DNA from: Nitrospirota bacterium
Lineage (GTDB): Bacteria; Nitrospirota; Nitrospiria; Nitrospirales; Nitrospiraceae
DNA length: 60,013 bases
Reading direction: 5' to 3'
Assembly (NCBI GenBank): GCA_005877775.1
Contig: VBOJ01000050.1
Location: 1-60,013, forward strand
Below are positions 28,865 to 36,743 of this stretch, piece after piece (the first letter of the stretch is position 1; every line of letters begins with the position of its first letter). A model generated the notes under the pieces. The model ran no database searches. It was not told the origin of the DNA and was given only the letters and a program-made list of their open reading frames with translations. Both the position numbers and the translations under genes were made by a program.

Positions 28865-30364
28865 TCAGCGAATCATGCCCGGCTGCTGATTAGGTGGCTG
28901 ATCGAGCGGGGGCGGAACGGGGTCTGAAATGCGGGGCGACGGAGGCTGGGCAACGGGGGGAGTTGATGCCGGTTGATCACGAAGCGACGGCGTTGGGGGC
29001 AGGGCCCCGGCGTCAGGCTGTCTAGGAGCCTGCTCTTTCGACGGCTGAGTCGGACTGTGGGGGAGCAGGAGAATCTCGACGCGCCGATTCGCCTGACGGC
29101 CTTCTTCTGTCTCGTTACTGGCTGCCGGTCTCGTATCTCCGTACCCGACCGCCGACAGGCTCGCCGAGTCGAGGCCTCCCTCCTCGATGAGATACCGTAC
29201 CACGCTTGTCGCGCGAGCCTTGGACAGCTCCCAGTTTGACGGAAACTTCTCCTTCAAACTCGGACCAATCGGGACATTGTCCGCATGCCCCTCGACCCTA
29301 AAGTGCTTGTCGGGCACACTCTTGAGAATCTCGCTCACTTGTTTAAGGATCCTGAGTCCTTCCGGCTTGAAGGTGGCCTCCCCGGATTCGAACTCGACGT
29401 GATCCACCAGCTCATCCAGATTAATCCTCAGGCGATCCCCGATCTGCTGAATCGCGATCGGGGCGCGACCGGAACCAGGCTCTTCCGGCAGCCTGGCCAC
29501 GCGCTCCAGCTCCTCCCTCTGACCTTTGAGCACTTCTTCTTCCTGCCGGACCGTTTCTTTGGTTGCTTCTTTGAAAATAAACCGGTCTCCGCGCAGGAGC
29601 GGTGCGGTCGAGCGCACAATGAACGCCGTCGCGGTGGTGTCCTCCAAGGCAACAATCTTCAGCTCGCCGATGACACGGTTGGGCAGGCCAGCTCCGACCC
29701 GGAAGACTTCGAGTCGATCTCCAAGCTGCAGCCCCTCCTCGCGACCCCAGTCTAGATAGACCACATTCCTTTGGCCGATCAGAAATCGTGGCTGTTGAAC
29801 TTCCACAATCATGCCTGGATTGTCGGATAGAGTCCGGCCTGAAGGCGCAGAATCCTCGTGAGACGGCGGCTCTAACCGGATGACTCGGTCTCCCGGAGAA
29901 ATTGCGCCATAGGCCCGGACAACGCGGACAGTTGTTAGGTCTGGCTCGACCTTGACCACCTTGACGATCCCAAGGTTTTGAAAGAGGTCGCCGAGATGGT
30001 TTCCGTACTGAGGGTGGAACACCTCTCGGATACGCCTGTAGATGATATAGAGATCGCCCGGGGACACTTCCTCTGGCTGACTCATCCGCAGATACAAGAG
30101 ATCGGCCATCCCGATCAGCATCCTGTTGCCGGTCGTCTGGTTGTCGCCTGTGACTTGGCCGACGACCCCGTCAACCGGCACACTCATGCGGATGAAACCA
30201 GAGAAAAAGGCGATGGCGCCATCCCCCCTCGTCAGACCTTGCAGATATGCATCTGCAGCGAAGGCGCCGTGCGAGACGAGCAAGACCCAAGCCAAGGACG
30301 GGAGGAAGACTGTGGTTAGCCTGTTCAGCATAGAAAATATGCAGGGCACTAACGAGGCAACCAT
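28865..30364 (-). CDS. OmpA-family protein with an N-terminal beta-rich domain, a coiled coil and a Pro-rich tail
   Basis: The C-terminal OmpA domain is closely similar to that of 4721..5734 (NWELS.ARAT.VVRYLIE.GG, NRR.EI). An alternative start lies at 30331. Confidence 0.8.
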   Translation of the reverse strand: MVASLVPCIFSMLNRLTTVFLPSLAWVLLVSHGAFAADAYLQGLTRGDGAIAFFSGFIRMSVPVDGVVGQVTGDNQTTGNRMLIGMADLLYLRMSQPEEVSPGDLYIIYRRIREVFHPQYGNHLGDLFQNLGIVKVVKVEPDLTTVRVVRAYGAISPGDRVIRLEPPSHEDSAPSGRTLSDNPGMIVEVQQPRFLIGQRNVVYLDWGREEGLQLGDRLEVFRVGAGLPNRVIGELKIVALEDTTATAFIVRSTAPLLRGDRFIFKEATKETVRQEEEVLKGQREELERVARLPEEPGSGRAPIAIQQIGDRLRINLDELVDHVEFESGEATFKPEGLRILKQVSEILKSVPDKHFRVEGHADNVPIGPSLKEKFPSNWELSKARATSVVRYLIEEGGLDSASLSAVGYGDTRPAASNETEEGRQANRRVEILLLPHSPTQPSKEQAPRQPDAGALPPTPSLRDQPASTPPVAQPPSPRISDPVPPPLDQPPNQQPGMIR

Positions 30365-30410
30365 AGCAAATCACGCTGAGAAGTCAAGCAAGTTTGAAGA
30401 ATGTGCGAGT

Positions 30411-30440
30411 TTGACAGGCTGTTCTAGCGGGTGATAAGGT
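30411..30440 (+). promoter_or_regulatory. candidate promoter in the long nuoA upstream region
   Basis: TTGACA (30411-30416), an 18-nt spacer ending in TGA (an extended -10-like TG), then TAAGGT (30435-30440). Confidence 0.3.
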
Positions 30441-30872
30441 GAGAGACCACCAGGAGATTCTACTGTGAATGTAACGAAGCGAGCCCCTGGGCAGGCTTCT
30501 GCATCAAGGGAGAGCCCAAAACGCCGAATCGAGACACAAATCCATCGGCGGAAGAAAGCGAAAGCGGTCTTCCCGCTCGAAGCCGAATGGGATGCGCGGT
30601 CGAACCGTCTTCCGGTCGGCCTCAGGATGGCCTCGGACAAGATGAAGAACACGCCCACCTCCCACTAAACGCTGCTTCGTCTCACATCTTGGCCGCTAGA
30701 CCAGAGTCAGGTCAAGCAATCAGAAAACAAGGTATTTTTGATATCGAAAAGAAGGGGGCTAGGGCTTTCGGCTGGAAAGGGTTAGGTCCTTTGTTCGCTT
30801 GATTTACCAAACACATAGGGGCTAAGATGCCAAATCTTCTTGGGAAGTCAAGGTGTTGAGAGCGAGGGTTTT

Positions 30873-31256
30873 GTGAGCGGTGCTGAATTGCTCCTTGACT
30901 ATTTGTCCCGGTATTTCCCGGTTCTATTGTTCATCCTGATTGCGATGGGGTTCGGCGTGGTGACGTTGCTTGTCAGTTATCTGGTGCACCCTAAGTTCCC
31001 GGAGACGGAGAAGCTTAGCCCCTACGAATGCGGCAGCGAACCGTTCTCCGACGCGCGCATGCCGTTTCCCGTTCGGTATTACATCTTTGCCATGTTGTTT
31101 GTCATCTTCGACATCGAGGTCATCTTCCTTTATCCGTGGGCCGTGGTCTTCGATAAGATCGGCCTCATCGGACTGGTCGAGATGTTGGTCTTCATCGGGC
31201 TGTTTCTGGTGGCCTACGTCTACGCTTGGAAGAAGGGGGCGCTGGAGTGGGATTAA
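30873..31256 (+). CDS. nuoA: NADH-quinone oxidoreductase subunit A
   Basis: PYECG motif and 3 TM helices. GTG 30873 was chosen because it carries the same GGGTTTT-start context as nuoB, nuoC and nuoD. The ORF could start at TTG 30840. Confidence 0.8.
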   Translation: MSGAELLLDYLSRYFPVLLFILIAMGFGVVTLLVSYLVHPKFPETEKLSPYECGSEPFSDARMPFPVRYYIFAMLFVIFDIEVIFLYPWAVVFDKIGLIGLVEMLVFIGLFLVAYVYAWKKGALEWD

Positions 31257-31261
31257 ACGGA

Positions 31262-31413
31262 GAAGAGCCGATGGCATATGGCCGGAGGACAAGAGCTGAT
31301 GGCGTATGGCTAATGGCGAATGACCGGAGAGTTCCACTTCTTGCCATAAGCTATAAGCTCTTCCGCCCAGGCTATCGGCCGTTAGCCATCAGCTATAAGC
31401 TCTTGGGGTTTTT
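31262..31413. repeat. heptad-phased nested inverted repeat (AGAGCYG ATGGCNN / GCCATMA GCTATAA GCTCT)
   Basis: The whole nuoA-nuoB spacer reads in one 7-nt register, and its left and right halves are imperfect reverse complements. Confidence 0.85.
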
Positions 31414-31932
31414 ATGGGACTGATACAGATCGGACGGCATGAAAAGGACGGGGAACTGGATATCATCACCACGTCGCTGGAAAAGGTCGTCAACTGGGCG
31501 AGGAAAGGCTCCTTGTGGCCTATGACGTTCGGCTTGGCCTGCTGCGCCATTGAAATGATCGCGGCGGTCTCGTCGCGCTATGACATGGACCGGTACGGGG
31601 CCGGCGTGTTCAGGGCCTCCCCTCGCCAATCAGACTTGATGATTGTAGCCGGCACGGTCTGCCGGCGGATGGCTCCCGTCATCAGGAAGATCTACGATCA
31701 GATGCCCGAGCCCAAGTACGTCATCGCCATGGGCTCGTGCGCGACGTCCGGTAACATCTACGACAGCTACAGCGTGGTGCAGGGAGTGGACCGCTTCGTG
31801 CCAGTGGACATCTACGTGCCGGGGTGCCCCCCAACCCCCGAGGCGCTGTTCGACGGCATCTTGAAGTTGCAAGAGCGGATCATGCAGAAGCGGGTGTTCG
31901 TCAAACAGCCTGAGCAAGTGAAAAACGCGTGA
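31414..31932 (+). CDS. nuoB: NADH-quinone oxidoreductase subunit B
   Basis: [14 protein letters not shown] and CPP cluster N2 motifs. Confidence 0.95.
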   Translation: MGLIQIGRHEKDGELDIITTSLEKVVNWARKGSLWPMTFGLACCAIEMIAAVSSRYDMDRYGAGVFRASPRQSDLMIVAGTVCRRMAPVIRKIYDQMPEPKYVIAMGSCATSGNIYDSYSVVQGVDRFVPVDIYVPGCPPTPEALFDGILKLQERIMQKRVFVKQPEQVKNA

Positions 31933-31959
31933 AGGCCTAGTTCGGAAGTTTTGAATTGA

Positions 31960-31999
31960 GCTCACAACTCAGCACTCATCACTTAGCACTGGTTTTTGA
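31960..31999. repeat. heptad repeat ACTCAGC ACTCATC ACTTAGC ACTGGTT
   Basis: Four to five 7-nt units immediately upstream of the nuoC ATG. Confidence 0.7.
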
Positions 32000-32497
32000 A
32001 TGCATCCAATAGCCCAACGCCTCCAGCGGGAATTCCCTGGGGGTTTCGTCAAGTCTGTTGAATGGCGCGGCGATTTGGCCGTGACCGTGCGTCGCGAGAC
32101 AATGCACGACGTGGCTGGGTTTCTCCATGATGATCCCGACATGGATTTCGATTACATCGTGCACGTCAGTTCCGTGGATTGGCCTGATGACGAGGAGCGG
32201 TTTGAGGTCGTCTATGAATTCTATTCGATCCGCAAACGCCATCGCATCAGGCTCAAGGCCCGTGTGCCCGAATCGGATTGCGAAGTCACCTCGCTGACGG
32301 ACCTCTGGAAAGGCGCCGATTTCATGGAGCGCGAGGTCTATGACATGATGGGCATCCGGTTCCGCAATCATCCAGACCTGCGCCGCATTCTCATGCCGGA
32401 TGACTATGATGAGGGCTACCCATTGAGAAAGGATTTTCCCCTGCGGGGCAAGGGGTGGCGGGACACGTTTGAGTTCCTGAACGAAACGAGGCCGTAA
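32000..32497 (+). CDS. nuoC: NADH-quinone oxidoreductase subunit C
   Basis: 165 aa with ERE.YDM.GI.F..HPDLRRIL, typical of NuoC. Confidence 0.9.
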   Translation: MHPIAQRLQREFPGGFVKSVEWRGDLAVTVRRETMHDVAGFLHDDPDMDFDYIVHVSSVDWPDDEERFEVVYEFYSIRKRHRIRLKARVPESDCEVTSLTDLWKGADFMEREVYDMMGIRFRNHPDLRRILMPDDYDEGYPLRKDFPLRGKGWRDTFEFLNETRP

Positions 32498-32500
32498 TGC

Positions 32501-32595
32501 CTCATCAGTGATGAGTCCTGAGGAATGAGTATTTGGGACGCATTGGGCGTTTCTCAACACAGATAACGCATCACGCATAACGAATCACGGGTTTT
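32501..32595. repeat. heptad repeat element (AGTGATG AGTCCTG AGGAATG ... ATAACGC ATCACGC ATAACGA ATCACGG)
   Basis: The nuoC-nuoD spacer stays in a single 7-nt register from 32507 to 32590. Confidence 0.75.
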
Positions 32596-33870
32596 ATGCA
32601 GCCGATCGAAGACCAGCGCAGCAACGCCTATGAAGACCAGCGGAGCACCGTTTATAAGGTGGACCCTGCTCATCCGGAGAGTTCGACCCTGCCGACCCTT
32701 CGGACTGAGGAGTTGCTCCTCAACATGGGCCCGCAGCACCCCAGCACTCACGGCGTCTTGAAAGTAATTCTGGAACTGGAAGGAGAGCGGATTGTCAAGG
32801 CCACGCCGGTCATGGGATTTCTGCATCGAGGCGTAGAGAAGTTGGCGGAAGATGGCACCTACCATCAGTTCATCCCCCACACGGACCGGCTGGATTATGT
32901 CTGCGCGATGTACAACAACTTCGCCTATTGTCGCGCGGTCGAGAAGCTGATGAACATTACAGTGCCGGAGCGGGCTGAGTACCTGCGCACCATTGTGGCG
33001 GAGGTCCAGCGGATCATCGGCCATCAGTTCTGGTTGGGGACGCAAGCGCTGGATATCGGCGCGATGACCGTGTTCTTCTACGCGTTCCGGGACCGTGAGA
33101 TCCTGCTGGACTGGTTCGACGAGTTGTGCGGTGCGCGCTTGACCACGAGCTGGTACCGGATCGGCGGCGTGGAACGGGATTTGACGCCGTCACTGACAGA
33201 GAAGCTCCGACGGTTCCTTGACTACTTTCCGCCCAAGATTGATGAGTACGTGGTCTTTCTCGAAAAGAACCGGATCTGGCTTGCCCGCACCAAGGGGGTA
33301 GCGGTGATCTCAGCCGAAGACGCGGTCAGCTTCGGTCTTAGCGGTCCCACGCTACGTGGCTCCGGCGTGGATTACGATCTGCGGAAGTCTGAGGCCTACG
33401 CGGCCTATCCCCGTTGCGAATTCAGCGTGCCCGTAGGCAAGAACGGCGACACCTACGACCGATACTGGATCCGAGTCCAGGAGATGCGAGAGAGTGTGAA
33501 GATTATCACGCAGTGCCTGGACCAGATGCCGGCAGAGGGATCGATCATGGCCGATGTACCGAGCGTGACCCTTCCTCCGAAGGACCGCGTGTTCACGAAC
33601 TTGGACTCCATGATTCAGCAGTTCAAACTCTTCTCGCAGGGATTCGACGCGCCGCGCGGCGAGATTTACTGCGGCACGGAAGCCCATAAAGGCGAACTGG
33701 GCTTTTACATCGTCAGTGCCGGGGGCGGCAAGCCATACCGCCTGAAGATTCGAGCTCCCTCGTTCATTCACATGGGGGCGTTTGACCACATGTCGCGGGG
33801 GTATATGATCGCGGACGCCGTGACGATCTTCGGGACCTACGATATTGTCATGGGCGAATGCGACCGGTGA
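32596..33870 (+). CDS. nuoD: NADH-quinone oxidoreductase subunit D
   Basis: LNMGPQHPSTHGVLK and HRG.EKL motifs. The N-terminal extension contains a 24-nt tandem duplication. Confidence 0.92.
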   Translation: MQPIEDQRSNAYEDQRSTVYKVDPAHPESSTLPTLRTEELLLNMGPQHPSTHGVLKVILELEGERIVKATPVMGFLHRGVEKLAEDGTYHQFIPHTDRLDYVCAMYNNFAYCRAVEKLMNITVPERAEYLRTIVAEVQRIIGHQFWLGTQALDIGAMTVFFYAFRDREILLDWFDELCGARLTTSWYRIGGVERDLTPSLTEKLRRFLDYFPPKIDEYVVFLEKNRIWLARTKGVAVISAEDAVSFGLSGPTLRGSGVDYDLRKSEAYAAYPRCEFSVPVGKNGDTYDRYWIRVQEMRESVKIITQCLDQMPAEGSIMADVPSVTLPPKDRVFTNLDSMIQQFKLFSQGFDAPRGEIYCGTEAHKGELGFYIVSAGGGKPYRLKIRAPSFIHMGAFDHMSRGYMIADAVTIFGTYDIVMGECDR

Positions 33871-33874
33871 AATG

Positions 33875-33958
33875 GTGAGGCGTGAGGAGTAAGGCGTGAG
33901 GGGTGTGGGGAGCCCGTTGGGATTTCGCCTAACTCCTCACTCCTTACGCCTAACGGAG
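33875..33958. repeat. heptad inverted repeat (GTGAGGC GTGAGGA GTAAGGC GTGAGGG GTGTGGG ... TTCGCCT AACTCCT CACTCCT TACGCCT)
   Basis: nuoD-nuoG spacer. The arms are about 80% complementary and 49 nt (7x7) apart, in the same register. Confidence 0.85.
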
Positions 33959-33966
33959 AAAAAAGA

Positions 33967-36675
33967 ATGGCTCTGAAACCAGCGACGAACCCTGACGTCG
34001 AAGCGGCGACGATCGAGCTGTCCCTTGACGGCCGGATCGTGACGGCTAAAGACGGGGTCTCGCTCTACGACGTGATTGCCAGCACGGGCAACATCGTGCC
34101 GGCCATGTGTTACCACTATACGTTTGACCCCTTCGGCTCCTGCGGCGTCTGTCTAGTCATGGTAGAGGGGAAAAAGGCGCCGGTTCGCTCCTGCACCGCG
34201 AAAGCCACGGCCGGCATGGTGGTGCGCACCGAGGGGGACGACCTGTTCCAGGCCAGAAAAAAGGCGGTCGAGAAACATCTGTCCGTCCACCCGCTGGATT
34301 GTCCGGTCTGCGACGCAGACGGCCATTGCGAGTTGCAGGACATGGCCTTCCAGCACCAGGTGACCACCCTGGCCAACGCCAAGCAAAAGCTGATTCCGGA
34401 GGACACCCGGAGCCTCGTCCTGGATTTCAACATGAACCGCTGCATCGCCTGTGGCGAGTGCATCAACGTATGCAAAGACGTGCTGATGATTGATGCCCTT
34501 CAATTCATGAAGAAGGACGGCTTCACCCAGGTCGTGGCCAAGGGCGATGTCGCGCTTTCCTGTGAGTTTTGCGGCGACTGCTTGGCGGTCTGCCCGGTCG
34601 GTGCGATCACGAACAAGTATTCCAAGTATCTGTACAAGCCTTGGCAGCTCAAAAAGACCACGACAACCTGCAACTACTGCGGCGACGGCTGCCAGATGTA
34701 CATCGAAACCAAGGACAACGAAGTGGTCCGTGTTACCTCTCCCCTGTCCTGGAAGAACAAGTGGGGGGACCGAGCCGAGACGGCAAAGGGGCATGGCGGC
34801 ATCTGTGTGCGAGGGCGATTCGGGTTCCAATACATCGACAGCAAGGCGCGCCTCCGTCAACCGCTGGTGCGCCGTGACGGGAATCTCGTCGAGACCCCTT
34901 GGTTGGAGACGATCCACACTGTGGTCGAGCGGCTGGCCGCCATCAAGGCCCAACACGGCCCCGAGGCAATTGGCGGGCTGATCACGGCCCGGTGCAGCAA
35001 CGAGGAACTCTACCTGTTCCAGAAGTTCATGCGCGCGGCGATCGGCACCAATCAGCTTGACAGCAGCGCCCGTTACGGACACCTAAATTTCGTCCACGCG
35101 GTCCAGCATGCGTTGGGCATCGGCCGGATGATGAATGATTGGGAGGACATCACCAAGGCTAAGACTATCCTCCTTGTCGGAACCAATATTACCGAAACCA
35201 ACCCGCTAACCGCCGTTCGAGTGAAAGAGGCGATCCGCGTCTATAAGTCGCAGGTGATCGTTGTGGACTCCGCCCAGACCAACATCGCCACGCTTGCATC
35301 GCATCCAATGCTGGTGGCGCCGGGGACCGAGGGGCTGTTCATCCAGGGTCTGGTGAAATCGGTGCTTGAGCAGGACCTCGTGGATGAAGAAGCCACGAGT
35401 AAGCACCCGCAAGCGTTCACTGCGCTCAAGCAGGCGGCCTCTAGGGTCCCACTTGACGTGATCGCTGCGCACACCGGTGTGCCGGTCGAGCAGATTCATC
35501 AGGCCGCTGCCATCTTCGCGGAGGCGCCACGTGCGATCATCCTATGCGGCGAGGGGATTGTGCGCCGGACCGGTGGATACAGGCATGTTCTGAACCTGGT
35601 GGACCTGGCCTGGATCACCGGGAAGCTGGGGCGGCCTGGCTGCGGCGTGAATACAATCACCGAAGAACCCAACGAGCAGGGCGCCGCGGACATGGGCGCG
35701 CTGCCGGAATGTTTCCCAGGCCAGGCTCGGTTCGACGATGCGGGAGCGCGCGAGAAGTTTGAGAAGGCCTGGGGTGCTGCGCTGCCAGCGGCGGGCAGTG
35801 GGGCGTCTCTCATGGAGATGCTCAAGCGTTGCCGGAGCGGGCACATCAAGGCGCTGTACGTGATCGGGGAGAACCCGCTCGCCACGCTTCCCTCGTCGGT
35901 CGGAGTCCGAGCCGCTCTGGAGAACCTTGAGCTGTTGATCTGCCAGGATCCGTTTCTGACCGAGACCGCCCAACTGGCCCACATCGTCCTGCCGGCTTGC
36001 ACCTATGCCGAAAAGGACGGCACGTTCACGAACCTCGAGGGGAAGGTGCTGCGTATCCGGCAGACCATGGATCCCATCGGGGAGAGTCTGCCTGACTGGC
36101 ACATCATGACCGCCATCGCCAACGGACTCGGCTATGAGCTGCCGTACGAATCTGCTCAGGACATCCAGAACGAGATCATGAAACTCCTGCCCGGCTACTA
36201 CAACCTGGGACAGCCTCGGAAGATCTCGCCGAAACCGGAGTCGTATCTCGCGAATGGCTACGCCGCGGAGGTGAGGAATCGGTATCGCAGCGATCTCAAG
36301 CGGAAGCCGGCGAGCGGGGGAACCGCTCGGCGTTCGTTCACTCTGCTGATGGGTCAGGTGCTCTACCACTCCGGCAAGCTCTCCACGCAGGCCTCCGGAT
36401 TGATCAAAATCTTGCCAAACACCGGTCGGCTCCACATGAACGCGAGAGATCTCGAGCAGATGGGACTGGGGGAAGGCGCGCGGGTCCGGGTCACCTCGCC
36501 GAAGGGATCGCTGGAGCTTGGCGTGCAGGCTGACCTGACGGTCCTGCCCGGCTCGTGCTTCTTCCCGGAGCACTTCAACGAGCCTCAGGTGAAGGACTTG
36601 ATGCCGGTCGAGGTGGATGCCGACACCGGCGTGCCCTATTTCAAACTGGCCGAGGTGACGATCGAAAAGCTGTAA
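33967..36675 (+). CDS. nuoG: NADH-quinone oxidoreductase subunit G-like Fe-S / molybdopterin-fold protein
   Basis: 902 aa. N-terminal 2Fe-2S Cys pattern, HPLDCPVCDADGHCELQ, 4Fe-4S motifs, and a molybdopterin oxidoreductase-like body. Confidence 0.88.
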   Translation: MALKPATNPDVEAATIELSLDGRIVTAKDGVSLYDVIASTGNIVPAMCYHYTFDPFGSCGVCLVMVEGKKAPVRSCTAKATAGMVVRTEGDDLFQARKKAVEKHLSVHPLDCPVCDADGHCELQDMAFQHQVTTLANAKQKLIPEDTRSLVLDFNMNRCIACGECINVCKDVLMIDALQFMKKDGFTQVVAKGDVALSCEFCGDCLAVCPVGAITNKYSKYLYKPWQLKKTTTTCNYCGDGCQMYIETKDNEVVRVTSPLSWKNKWGDRAETAKGHGGICVRGRFGFQYIDSKARLRQPLVRRDGNLVETPWLETIHTVVERLAAIKAQHGPEAIGGLITARCSNEELYLFQKFMRAAIGTNQLDSSARYGHLNFVHAVQHALGIGRMMNDWEDITKAKTILLVGTNITETNPLTAVRVKEAIRVYKSQVIVVDSAQTNIATLASHPMLVAPGTEGLFIQGLVKSVLEQDLVDEEATSKHPQAFTALKQAASRVPLDVIAAHTGVPVEQIHQAAAIFAEAPRAIILCGEGIVRRTGGYRHVLNLVDLAWITGKLGRPGCGVNTITEEPNEQGAADMGALPECFPGQARFDDAGAREKFEKAWGAALPAAGSGASLMEMLKRCRSGHIKALYVIGENPLATLPSSVGVRAALENLELLICQDPFLTETAQLAHIVLPACTYAEKDGTFTNLEGKVLRIRQTMDPIGESLPDWHIMTAIANGLGYELPYESAQDIQNEIMKLLPGYYNLGQPRKISPKPESYLANGYAAEVRNRYRSDLKRKPASGGTARRSFTLLMGQVLYHSGKLSTQASGLIKILPNTGRLHMNARDLEQMGLGEGARVRVTSPKGSLELGVQADLTVLPGSCFFPEHFNEPQVKDLMPVEVDADTGVPYFKLAEVTIEKL

Positions 36676-36688
36676 CACCCCCACCCAT

Positions 36689-36714
36689 CCCTCCCCCTGT
36701 GTGAAGGGGGAGGG
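36689..36714 (+). other. perfect 10-bp C/G-tract hairpin in the nuoG-nuoI spacer
   Basis: CCCTCCCCCT-gtgtga-AGGGGGAGGG with no U-tract after it. Confidence 0.8.
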
Positions 36715-36743
36715 ACAGGGAGGGACCTGAGCGGGAGAGCCTC

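Noticed and set aside
31226-31423. 65-aa ORF spanning the nuoA-nuoB spacer.
   Set aside because: It is simply a translation of the heptad repeat (repetitive AISYKL / MAYG strings). It has no RBS and overlaps the end of nuoA and the start of nuoB.
34153-36684. Long antisense ORFs inside nuoG (34153..35082 and 35542..36684 on the - strand).
   Set aside because: These are typical GC-rich shadow frames opposite a strongly motif-supported gene. Their products are Arg/Gly/Pro/His-rich with no motifs.
33967-36743. A search for a hidden or fused nuoH (or nuoE/nuoF) in or after the nuoG-like gene.
   Set aside because: The 902-aa product is fully accounted for by Fe-S and molybdopterin-fold regions. 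Only 68 nt separate it from nuoI. No hydrophobic NuoH-like frame exists on either strand.
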